Source: Epiperipatus broadwayi
Taxonomy: Eukaryota; Animalia; Onychophora
DNA length: 64,000 nucleotides
Assembly: GCA_028023455.1 (NCBI GenBank)
Contig: JAQFVV010000003.1
Coordinates: 7,750,001 to 7,814,000 of the forward strand
Reading direction: 5' to 3'
The notes below the pieces were generated by a model that had not been told where the DNA came from, did not search any database, and saw only the letters and a list, made by a program, of their open reading frames with translations. Shown here one piece after another: positions 27,201-38,658 of the stretch (positions within the stretch are counted from its first letter, which is position 1; each line of letters opens with the position of its first letter). The position numbers were made by a program, and so were the translations under genes.

Positions 27201-28371
27201 ATACAACCATATCTGGTCTGGTAGGGAAAGCCATGCAGTATTTGAAAAATGGGCTAAATAAGACTTCATATAATGGTATTAACAAAGCTCTAACCAATGC
27301 TATGTTACATCAACATTTCACTTCTTGTACATCGACTAAAAGGATGCCAGTTAAGATGTTAGTGCATCAGAAATGCTGAACACATATGTCAGAGTTCTTG
27401 CTTAATAATAGTGCATCAAGGAAAACTTATTTAGCTGAATATGATAAAATTGGTGATGCTGTCTGGATATACATGACATGCTGAAAAGAAAATGGTATCT
27501 AGGAGTAATAACTAGTGTTATCTTAAAGCAACTATGAGAAATTCAGATTTTTAATTTTAGAAGAATGAGAATATTTGAAAATTTGTTACTTGGAATTGTT
27601 AGAAAAATATGTTAGTGCCTGTTCTTTGCTTAATGGTGATAATCCTTCAACGAAAGAATAAGTACTGATAGAATAGGAAAGTACCATTACAAAATGATCA
27701 CTGCCAGATTTAAATTTAAGCAGTGAAAAGCAGTGACTCAAACAGAATAACTTGATTTCATAGATCTGGTTCTCACCTTCAAAACAGTCTTTTCTAGCAG
27801 AAGAGAAAACTACTGAGCAGGAAGTGAGAAAAAATGTACCTCTGTCTAGATTTTTATATAAAGTTTGATTTTCTAGAGGAGGGAAAGGGTTGCCATGTCT
27901 TATAGTGTTACAATGTAAGTGTGTGCATATATATATATATGTATATGTATATCTATAGTTACTGTAATTGTAAATAAAATATTTACTGCTAAATTGTTAC
28001 TTCACAGCACTTGCATAATTGTCCTCATTGTATTCGCAGTAGAAAATTTACATAATTAGCGAGTGCTGAACTTTAAATAAATTTACACTAATTAATTATA
28101 TATTCAGAAGTTGCACAAGAAAAATGGTAGAAAATGCATTCAATTACTTGTATGAAAAAGCTCTATATAATGGATGCAGAGGTAAAATCTGCTTAAGCCA
28201 TGTATGCATAAAAATAGTACATGCACACTATAGATAATGTTCTGCATCTATAGATATCTATTATTGTTTTATTATGAGCATAATAAACTCTTATTACATT
28301 TTTATTTGTTGTTTTGTTTGTTATGGATGTGACCTGGCTAGTATGCTGGTATGCCCCTGGAGTACACAGCA
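24273..28371 (+). mobile_element. Decayed Mag-like Ty3/Gypsy LTR retrotransposon lacking RT
   Basis: LTRs 24273-24720 and 27891-28371; TSD gtatt/atatt (1 mismatch); PPT agaggagggaaaggg. gag N-terminus in ORF 24891-25136 (EFDVNN....YIKYMEQY...N.IEDD). RNase H (TDALDYGIG, EKNYSQLNKE, SDHLPLMGIFG) at ~26050-26400. Integrase remnants at ~26750-27400. Confidence 0.85.
25329..25990 (+). mobile_element. Possible hAT-type DNA transposon 5' fragment inside the Mag element
   Basis: ctgtgcttttcaaccggttgtctgcaaaccattggtggtatgc resembles CpG-decayed hAT/Charlie-type termini. It occupies the position where PR/RT should be. No partner TIR was found. Confidence 0.3.
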
Positions 28372-30611
28372 ATATTTTGTATAATTGTGTATGGATTTCC
28401 AATTCAAATGATGAGAAAATAAGACAAAAAAAAAATGATATTTCTGAATTTAGATATCACTAAAAATTATTGAAAATACCATGAATAATAAGCGAAATGA
28501 ACAAGCAGATACTTGGATAGATTAGTCCTGAACTCTTACTTGAGTAATAAAGGCAAAGGCAAAATTATTTTGAATACTATAAGATTAGAGAAGTATACAA
28601 TGCTTGGAAATATGGATTGTAAAAGAAAAAAAAAAGACTCTCATTACAGTAATGAATATATCTTTGAGGAGCATAAAAAATCAAACATATTAGGTCCTTT
28701 GATTAATGCTATTTATATGACTTCTAGGTCTTGATGTTGTCAACATTCAATATGTACACCTATATTTTATTCAGTAGTTTTTATTATGTCAGTTATTTTT
28801 AACTACAAATGAATCAGGAAAAAAAAAACAGCCAAAAAATATTTTTATATGTATATGCAGGGATTTTATATTTTTCATATATAATTGGGTTCATAAAAAT
28901 TGTGAAGATTGAAATAGTGAAAAGCAGGAGTTAAATTTCTAAAATGGCTAATATTAATAAAGTTTTAATTAGTACCAGGTGCAATAAAATTTGCGATATT
29001 TATTTTTATATATTGATATAAAATACATATTACTATGTAAATATTCTACTTCATTGTATACATATATATTATATCCATTTATAAAGTAAATAAATATGAT
29101 ATTAATAAAGACAAGTTTAAAAAAAAAAGTATAAACAAAAATAAAAAATTATTTACTTTAAGATACAAATCAAGACTTTTTAAGAAGGATCTGAGGTTTA
29201 CACTCTTTGACAATGTTTTATATATATATAAATTGCAATTATCTGCTTTTTTGCACATCCTTTCTTAAATAAAAGCTCTTTGTAACATGTAGGCATACTT
29301 TTATTTCACAATCAAACTTAGTAAATCACTCATAAAATGAATCCTTTATTTTTACAAAACTAATAACATTTTTCAGGTGTTTAAAAACGTTGTCAAGCTT
29401 TCAGTAATCAATTCTAACTTTGTTTGATATACAGTTTTATCAGAATTATCAGTTTTAATTTGTTTGTTATTTGATTCTTAGACAATTCTATATTTATTAA
29501 TTGCATTGACCTTAGTAATTGCATTTTATATGTTTAAATCTATAACAATTGTGAAAATGATAAAACAATTACTGAGTGCAAAAAAGGTTTTCATTTCTGC
29601 TATGCTTTCTCCAAGCTTTTTGTGAATATCTGCATGTAGAGATAATGCTTTGCCTGGATAAGGGATAAACAATTAGGTATATATAAATCAATGAGATCTT
29701 TAATTCAGACAGGTAATTATTGAACCATTACATCTATAATTCTGTTTTTTCTCACATTGATTTAGCATTTGGATGGCAAAAGCTTGTTATGATTCTTATT
29801 TCTAATTGTTGACTGTCATTTAGATAAGTTTTGAGAATGGATTCAGATATTTTTAAATGATGTATAATATCTACATTTCATTAGCTTTTTTTTTTTTGAA
29901 AACTTTTTTAAGAAATGATGATATTGCAACAAAATCTATCATTATAACATAATAATATCTAGATACAAATATAATATGAATTGTTTTTACCAAATAAAAT
30001 CCTAGAAGTAAATCTTCCATCAACCCTCTTATCTTACCATAAAATGGTTATAATACAATAAAGTTATTTAATCATTAACACATATTTTTGCATGTGCATC
30101 TTTTTAAACTTTTGTTTTGTGAAATGATTTATATTTTATAACCCAGATTGTCAAGATTCTATTTCATGAAGCAGTGAGAGAATTTATTACATTATTTTGC
30201 AATTGTTCAGTCATAATCATGCAAAAATATTAAGTATAAAGACATAAAGAATGAGAATATCTTATAGATATAAACATATGTATTCTGTTATTGGCATATT
30301 ATTTCCTTTATTTATTTATTTTTAATTAAGAATTTACTATTATAGTACTTAAAATACTTTGAAATGTTTATTTTTATTATATGTATGTTGTACATATAAA
30401 CATATAATTTTATTTTTTGAACATCATATGTAATTAATTTTAGTAGCATGGTTTCAGCAAATAAAAGTATAGCTGTCATCAACTAAAAAGATTACTAATA
30501 GTATTACTTACATTTTAACTATAAATTATATTTTATAAAGCATATTATTATAAAACTTATACTATGGTATTTAGATGCATAATACAGCTATATATAAATA
30601 TATTTTTTCAG

Positions 30612-30704
30612 AGTGCTTTGCACAGTTGGGATATTTCTCCTGAAGTTTGGGGTGCATTTTCATATTCAAATTTACAGTATCTTCGCCAATATGGTAATAA
30701 AAGG
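30612..30704 (+). CDS. EOGT: EOGT-like exon (SALHSWDISPEVWGAFSYSNLQYLRQYGNKR)
   Basis: ttttttcag/GTAAAA sites, phase 0/0. Aligns with the EOGT W.AF.......L..Y..KR segment. Confidence 0.9.
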
Positions 30705-33700
30705 GTAAAATTATTTCATGCATTATACCTATGTTACACACATATATACTGCATATAATGATTAATCACTTTATTCAGTATGTGTAAAATAACATTTAAT
30801 TATTAATTTGATTTATATCACACTTCATTATGTTCTGAACGTTTACTTTCACCAGTCAGACATGATTGTAGTTATTAATGGATCTTCTTTTGATATATTT
30901 CATTAGTAAATTGCATGATAAATTTTTAGGAAATCATTAGACTTTAATCTTCTAGAATATATCTTTATTTTGATTGTAATACCTACAAAATTATAAAAAG
31001 AGTGTGGAGTCTTTGTTTTGATATTGTTCTTTTTCAAATTTTCATTTTCTACACCTGAAAGATCTGTGATAAGTAAAATACTATATGTAAAGATAAATTT
31101 GAAATTATTTAATTAAATCACGATGAATAATATGTGAATAAAATCTCCACATAAACTATTAGATCTTGCCACTTATCCATTGCAAAAGTTCTGATCTAAG
31201 TTTAACCATAAATTTCTATACTTTGAGGCTCCAAGAAAAAAAAGTGGAAATCTCAAATGCCATCACTCAAAGATGGCAAACTATTGGATGAAAATCATAG
31301 AAATTTTAATGTTGGCCTGTTTTGAATCAGCTGAGTATTATAAGAAGACATGACATTACTCTTAACATTTTAAAAGAAAGAAATTTTCTTTATTATTTTT
31401 TAGAATAGATGTCAAAATTGAAAGATTTAATATATGGTTTATGCTTAGAAATACCATCAAACTTATTTTATTTTACAGGAGTGCTGTTGTGTGTTCAATC
31501 AAATCTATGAGTGCAATTTTCATTCCATTAATGAAATCAGCTGTCACTTATATTCAGAGAATTGTGAGATAATAGACTTTACATGTTGCTAATGATAAAA
31601 AAATTAATTTTTCAATTATAATTCATTTTATTTTTATCTTATATTATTATATTTACTAATTTTGTAATAATATTGCTATGTATTTATTACTTTATATTTA
31701 AAATATATTTAATCACATTCTAGTGGTTTTATTTATTTTTTGACTATAAAGTTATTCAGCAGATATATTTAAATCCTGTTCACTTTTAATAAGTAAAACA
31801 CAGAAATATGTATCTCACATAAATAATAACATCAAATTTGAATTTTACAAAATATATCAAAGAAATATGCTTCATTGCATTTAAATAATATTCATTTGTA
31901 TGCAACTTTGTAAGATAAATTATTTGAAGACAAACATATGAATTATAGAATATTATAATTAATGAATATACTTTCTATTGCAAATTTACACATTCTTGGA
32001 GTACAAATATCACTATTGATAAAAATATTTCATTATGCAAATTTTAAATATGTTTTTAGATAGTAAATAATTTTAGTTATCATTAAAGACCTTACTACTT
32101 AAATGAATCCAATTTTAAATTTAGGTACATCAAAATTACATATATGATAATGTATATTTGCATACAAGCTTTTATGTGCTAAATAAAGATTGTCTCAATG
32201 CTAAATATGATGAAATTATTTTTCAACTATATATATATATATATTTTATGTGCTAAAGAGGTCGATAAGTTATTTATCTCAAGAAGGAGTAATAATTTTT
32301 AAATGAAACAAACAAAAAAAAAAAAAGATTCCAAGTTATACCTTCCAAGAGATTTAAATTATATTTCAAATGGAGTAAAGGAATCACCCCTTAATTATGC
32401 ATTCCAAGTAGATCACGTGATATTATTACAAGTTACACATTTGTAGATTTGTGTTTAACTTACCAAAATGTTTGTATGAAAGAATCGTAGATATATTTCA
32501 TTTTATGAAACTATGAATTATAAATAAAATTTCCAATGTAATTTTGAAATTAGATTGTTTTTATCCGTGTATGTTGCATGTATATGTGTGTGATTCAAAA
32601 ACATGTATTATTTGGGAACATCAATGAGGAAACGAATACAATGCTAGAAGCAGCCATCAAATGGGCCATGATTATCAAAGTTGTAAAGTTATAAATCAAA
32701 TAAGTTCTTGAATGCCAGAAATGTATTATAATAATAGAGGATTATATATAAACCAAGTCATATAAAATGCCTAAGAATCTCATTATGCTATGACTGCAGT
32801 TATCCATGTATCTAAAGTTTAGTATTTTAGTGTAATCATGTACCAACAGAAGACTTCACATATGCATTTCTGAATAATTCATGTATTTCAACCAAAATAC
32901 CATTCTAAATTCATGAAAAGGACAAGATAATTGAATAAAATTCCAGAAATGTCAGATTATTTGATCATGTTGCGGTTAAAACTGTTTTGATGTACATCAT
33001 AATTCTATATGTATTTTATTATTTTCTATGAGAATATAGATAATCAGATATCAAAGAATATCTGTTTATGAAATTATATTTAATTGTAAGTAATTTTGAT
33101 TATGATTAGCAATTATAAGTGTGTTAATCAAAGGTATTCAAATTTACATCATAATTACCCAAGTCAAAAAATACACATACAAAATAAAAAATATCTTAAA
33201 TCTAATATATGTGGCAAAAGGTCACCACACAATATTTATAATCACACAACATTATTGAAGAATAGTTATCAATATTAATAACAAATTGTAATATCTAAGA
33301 AAAGAAAATTCCAAATTCAGTTAAGCTATAAAATATCCTATATTAAGCTTTTGAAATCAGTGAGCAAATATTAAGTTAATCTTCTGATATTTATTATATG
33401 CCATCTAAAAAATCAGTTTAAATTCAGTGTCCAAATATATGTTATAAAATATATTATAGATATTTTAAAAAGTTGATTGATGATGAAGCAAGTCATAATT
33501 AACCAATTTTTGTATTAATTATATTTACATATTTTCTGATACATATTCAATCTTTTATTATTATATAAATATTTCAATTAAAATTCAAATGAAAGTAAAC
33601 CAACTCTCCCTATGAGCTGTGGATAAATAACACTCATGTCAATAAATGAGAAAAAATAGAATAAATCTATTTATTCTTCAAGCTTTTAATCTTTACAAGT

Positions 33701-34409
33701 TTTCATTTACTGATATTGCTGAAAATAAGAGTGAAAATTATATATTAGCCTGATTTAGATACAGCATATAAAATTTCATTTGGACATATGGAGAGTAAAG
33801 ACAGAGTGGTGCTATATTGAAACCGCTAAGCTCAATTAAAATTACGTAAATATTAAGCTTTTCTTATCATAGTGGCCCAGTGCTAGAAAATCACTTTAAA
33901 TAATCTCATAGAATTAATGAAATGTCAGTTTGCTAATATAAATATCATATACACCCAACTTAATGTATATAAGATTTAAGTGAAAGAAACCAATTCTTCC
34001 ATAAACAAGGGATAAATAATATATGTCAGTAAGTGATAAAGAATACATGAATTCGCCTACCCTTTAAGTTTTTGCTCTTTATAATTTTAATCTACTGACA
34101 TTTCTGGAAATAAAAAGTGGAAATTCGCTTAATAAATAATATTTATATACGTTACTTTCAATTTCATAAATTCTGAAAATATTATTTCATTGTAAATCAA
34201 AAGATTTTGCGCTGTTGATTTAGAAATAATACGCAGTGAGTTAAATGTGAAGATGTTTAAAAGCTTCACACTCTTAAGCCAAAATGCTTCAGACTGGCTT
34301 TTTTTTTATAGAAATTTAAGTAAAAAAGAAGGTGAAACCACCTTTTTCTTATAAAATCTCTTGTCTTGTGTTGTGACTTGAGAGCTACCTATACAGTCAA
34401 TAGTACATC

Positions 34410-34516
34410 TGATTGGCTGTTATATAAGCATTCTAAATGCGCATATGAGAAGGTTTCAGCCTTTCACTTTAATAATAGCTTGGTGTAAATGTGACATGTT
34501 TGTGGGCGGAGTAAGT
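34410..34516 (+). promoter_or_regulatory. Candidate intronic promoter/first exon: inverted CCAAT, TATA, Inr-like site, GC box, splice donor
   Basis: ATTGG at 34412, TATATAAG at 34421, TTCAGC at ~34455, GGGCGG at 34504 and GTAAGT at 34511. Several CpGs are retained locally. Confidence 0.3.
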
Positions 34517-34643
34517 TTGACACTTGTAAATCAATGTGTAACACTTTATTAAAAAATAGTAGATTCATTTAATTTTTTTATCATTTACTCACATATGAGA
34601 GTTATTTGTCCATAATTTACAAGAAAATTGGTTTAATCTTTAT

Positions 34644-35271
34644 GTGTTTATCAAAAAGTTGATAATGTAAAAGTTGGGACTTGAATAAATTGATGCTTGA
34701 AAATGAGACAATTTACTCTACATAAATAATCTTCATGTAATAAAGATATATATGAGAGATGATGACCTGGCCCAACTGATGAATGCTGGTTCAGCACAAA
34801 ATGCATCTTGGGGGTTCTTTGTCTTTTATTGTATCTTTATTTATATGAAATTATTTATGAAATAAAAAAGAATGGAGAAATATGGAAGTTGTCTATCTAT
34901 AAAAAAGATATTACGCATGGGAGGAGAAACGTAAATAGCCATGTGTGTGTGCTGAAAATCAGATATATTAATCTTTAACTTGGATTAAAGTTTATATCTA
35001 TGCTATAGAAAATCTCTAGTTTAATAAATGATTAGTAATAATCATTACGTGTTTATCAAAAAGTTGATAATGTAAAAGTTGGGAGTTGAGTAAATTGACG
35101 CTTGAAAATAAAAATGAGACAATTTACATAAATAATCTTCATGTAATAAAGATATATATGAGAGATGATGACCTGGCCCAACTGATGAGTGCTGGTTCAG
35201 CATGAATCTTTATTTATATGATATTATTTATGAAATAAAAAAGAATGGAAAAATATGGAAGTTGTCTATCT
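34644..35271 (+). mobile_element. Hammerhead-bearing tandem repeat (family D), 405-bp period, ~1.5 units
   Basis: The block starting gtgtttatcaaaaagttgataatg occurs at 34644 and 35049. Both units contain CCCAACTGATGA(a/g)TGCTGGTTCAGCA. Confidence 0.8.
34771..34812 (+). ncRNA. Type I hammerhead motif, degenerate (GAAA to AAAA)
   Basis: CCCAA-CTGATGA-ATGCTG(GTT)CAGCAC-AAAA-TGCATC-TTGGG. The second copy (35177-35206) keeps GTGCTG but has lost the 3' half. Confidence 0.7.
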
Positions 35272-35279
35272 GGAAAAAT

Positions 35280-36180
35280 TGGTTTACTTTATTGGAATTT
35301 TAAATACATTAAGCTATGAATGTTTGGCATTTACAAGTTCATATTTCATTAATGTTATGAAGTTGTTAAAAATAATGTCCTATCTTTATCTTCTGTAAAT
35401 TTTATTTGTAATTATAGAATGATTTATGTCTTAGTTAAATAAAACTGATGAATAATTTCCACTCTTTATTTCCAGCAGTTTATAAATACAAAAAGCTTAA
35501 AAAATAGGTAGTTTCATTCTATTTTTTATTGTTTACTGATATAGTAAATTAGTTTACTTCTGTATGAATTTACATTGGACTATGTATATTTGATATTTAC
35601 ATTTACAAACTGATATTTTATTAATGTTATGAAGTTATTAAAAATAAGACTCTCTTTATATTAATTTCTGAAAGATTTTTGCCTTATTTAAATCAGGCTA
35701 TTATATAAATTTCCACTCTTTTTTACAGAAAGTCAATAATTGAAAGCTTATAATGATCAAAAACCTAAAGGATAGATGAATTTATTCTATTCTTTATCAT
35801 TAACTGACAATTGGGTGTTATTTGCTCATGGTTTATGAAGGAGTTAGTTAACTTTTATTTGAATTTCATATACATTAAACTGCATATTTGATATTTACAT
35901 TTCCAAATTGTATTTTATTACTATTACAAGGTTGTTAAAAATAAGACTATCTTGTATTTGTTCATTTATAATGATTTATGCCATATTTAAGACAGGCTAA
36001 TGTATAACTTCCTCTCTTTATTTTCAGCAACATCTGTAAAAAGTTTAAAGGATAGATGAATTTATTCTATTCTTTATTATTTATTGGTGTGTGTTATTTA
36101 TCTGTAACTTATGGGGCAATTGGTCTATTTCTACTTGAATTTAATATACATTAAGCTATGTATTTTTGATGTATTTATTT
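35280..36180. repeat. Highly degenerate tandem repeat, ~265-300 bp period, 3-4 units
   Basis: tacatt(aa/gg)(g/a)cta/tg...ttaaaaataa(g/t) recurs near 35307, 35572, 35871 and 36148. Confidence 0.6.
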
Positions 36181-37460
36181 TAAATAAATATATTCTTAAC
36201 CACATTAGCTTATAAACTGACTCATTAATATTAGCCTTAAGAATAAAGCTTAATTTATGACAAATCAAAAAGGCATATATATATACATATGGCATATGAT
36301 TTATGTTAATTCACATGTCAATCTCATTCATTAAAACTCTTTCATTAATGAGAACTTGAAAGAACTATGGCCTAGAATGATCTAAAATGTTGTATGATAG
36401 TCATTAGTTGTGAAACAAAAATGTTAAAAGATAAATCATAAATTGTTGGAAAGAGAAAAAAAAAAATATTTGAAGCAATTTAAAACAGAAGTTTCTGAGC
36501 ATTTACAACTGCAGATTTCAAAATTAAGTTCTTTTAACAAAACCCAATTCAATTGCTGGCAGAAATAATTAAGCAAATTTTGAAGAATTTTTTCCAATAT
36601 AAGTGATAAGCAAAATAAAAATTTAATTAAACAATTACTTATGCAAAAATATTTATACTTTCATTTAACACATTTTTGAAAAGCATAAGCTATATAAACA
36701 ACTTTTTATTATTTATGAATTTACACAAGTTATATTTTAATTAATAATACTTTAATATCAGACTATGTGTGAAATAGTTTATGTACCTATATATTTTTAT
36801 TTAAATTGAAATTTAAACTGTTCAAGGTGATCTTAAATGTAAGCATCTTTGGACTAGTAACACTTGACTTTAGTATAAAACTGGTGATAGTTCTCACAAT
36901 TGTTTTCTAAACATTTGTTCCTCTTATCTATGAATGAAAAGCTGACCCTCATAATACCTTTTATGATGCATTTCTAGCTGATTGTTCTTTATAATTAGCT
37001 ATAAATGAAGCTAGAGGTCACCACTTTCAAAAGTTAGTGAAGTCATATGATAATTGATTTAATCACCTGTATTCTTTACTTAATTAAATCTTACTAACAT
37101 CACATAATTTTCTCTGCTTACATGATATACTTTCAAGATCAATTCTCCTCATCTTATTCTAGAGCCATTTATTGTAAGCATGTATAATCAATGGCTAATG
37201 TCTACACCCCCAGACTTATTTCTAATTTTTGCCTTCATTAGATAATTTCTAAAAGAGTAAGTGTATTAGTTCCAGCTTTGAATATTAAATCCTTATCAGT
37301 GAAGGAAAAAGCTAAAGACCATTCTATGGATATGGATATTATAACTATCAGATCTTGCATAATGACTATGAATGAAATAAAATTTGCTATTATATAATAC
37401 ATTTGTGGATGTATGTGTATATATAAAATTTATAATTTGAATATGCTAACCTTTTTTTAG

Positions 37461-37532
37461 GTTTGTTTTAAAGAAGCCTATTTTAGTTTTTTACCCCGAA
37501 TGGTTTTAGGTCTATATTATAGTACACCATTG
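37461..37532 (+). CDS. EOGT: EOGT-like exon (VCFKEAYFSFLPRMVLGLYYSTPL)
   Basis: tttttttag/GTATGA sites. Near-identity to the EOGT VCFKEA.FS.LPRM..GL.Y.TPL motif. Confidence 0.95.
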
Positions 37533-37623
37533 GTATGATGTTAACATTTATTGAGTTTTTTCATTAAACTGTTTTGCTTAAAATTCAAAAGTGAATTTAT
37601 AAATTATTTTTGTGTTTTATTAG

Positions 37624-37710
37624 ATTGGTGGTTGTCACAATAGTGGCCTGTTCAAAGCATTTTCAGAATTCATTTTACATCGGTTAAAAATTAAACAAGA
37701 AAAGCCTATG
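37624..37710 (+). CDS. EOGT: EOGT-like exon (IGGCHNSGLFKAFSEFILHRLKIKQEKPM)
   Basis: ttattag/GTATGT sites. Matches the EOGT I.GC.N.GLF.AF....LHRL.I motif. Confidence 0.95.
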
Positions 37711-37798
37711 GTATGTATATTTAAAGAATTATTCATATGAAAAAAAAAATCAGAAGTATTACAATTACTATTTTATACTTTTTTTTTTTTTATAATAG

Positions 37799-37867
37799 GC
37801 CAGTAAAATACGAATTACATTTTTAACTCGCTCATCAAGTGCACGAATGATATTAAATTATAATCAG
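37799..37867 (+). CDS. EOGT: EOGT-like exon (ASKIRITFLTRSSSARMILNYNQ)
   Basis: Poly-T acceptor and GTAATG donor. Matches the EOGT KIR.T.L.RS...R.ILN motif. Confidence 0.95.
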
Positions 37868-37986
37868 GTAATGTTACATCTTCAGCAGAAATTTAAAATA
37901 TAACACCAACACATATATTTATATATATATATAGATGATCAAATAGCCTAATTGTTGATTTATTTTAAAACTTTTAATTTTTATAG

Positions 37987-38048
37987 CTTCTCAAAAGTCT
38001 TGAAAATGACCCAACTTATCAAGTAAGAGGAGTAGATTTTAACTACAG
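37987..38048 (+). CDS. EOGT: EOGT-like exon (LLKSLENDPTYQVRGVDFNY)
   Basis: ttttatag/GTAAAT sites, phase 0 in and phase 2 out. Confidence 0.9.
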
Positions 38049-38658
38049 GTAAATATAAAAGAATTGATGAATATTGAGTTAGTAATCTATACCTTATTGT
38101 TAATCTATGGATTTAATGGAACCATTTATTCATCACTTCACACTTTAAGTCACCCTTTTTTTTTGTTTGTATTGATAATTATGAATATCTTTCATATTCA
38201 GATGTTCTTATGCACATTCGTAATGTTAATACATTTTTTTCTTGAATTTTCTTTCTAGAAATTATTAACATGCATTTTTACATTTCAAACATATGTTTGC
38301 ATTGGCAACAAAAAACAACTATGCTAATGATCCTAAATATATTTCAATCAATCAAATCATGTCTGCAACTATACACTTGAAATGTAAGAATCAGTATTAA
38401 TTATAAATTCTAGAATTACAAGATCATAATACATGAATATCTGGTGAAAGATTAAAAGATGGAGCTTATCATTCACTTGTATAAAAAAAATTGTAGATAT
38501 ATTTGAACTTTATTAAATTTAAGGTCTATATCTTATGTAATAATTTTGAACATAGTAAAGAAAGACTATTAATCTTTTATGTATTTATTGAAGGATTGCC
38601 ATAAATTATTTGCTTTTTAAAAAATATGACTTCCAAAGAAAATTTGTACAATGTATAT

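Noticed and set aside
32580-33290. Possible nested minus-strand gene (short hydrophobic frames)
   Set aside because: Frames are broken by stops, with no recognisable motif or consistent splice chain.
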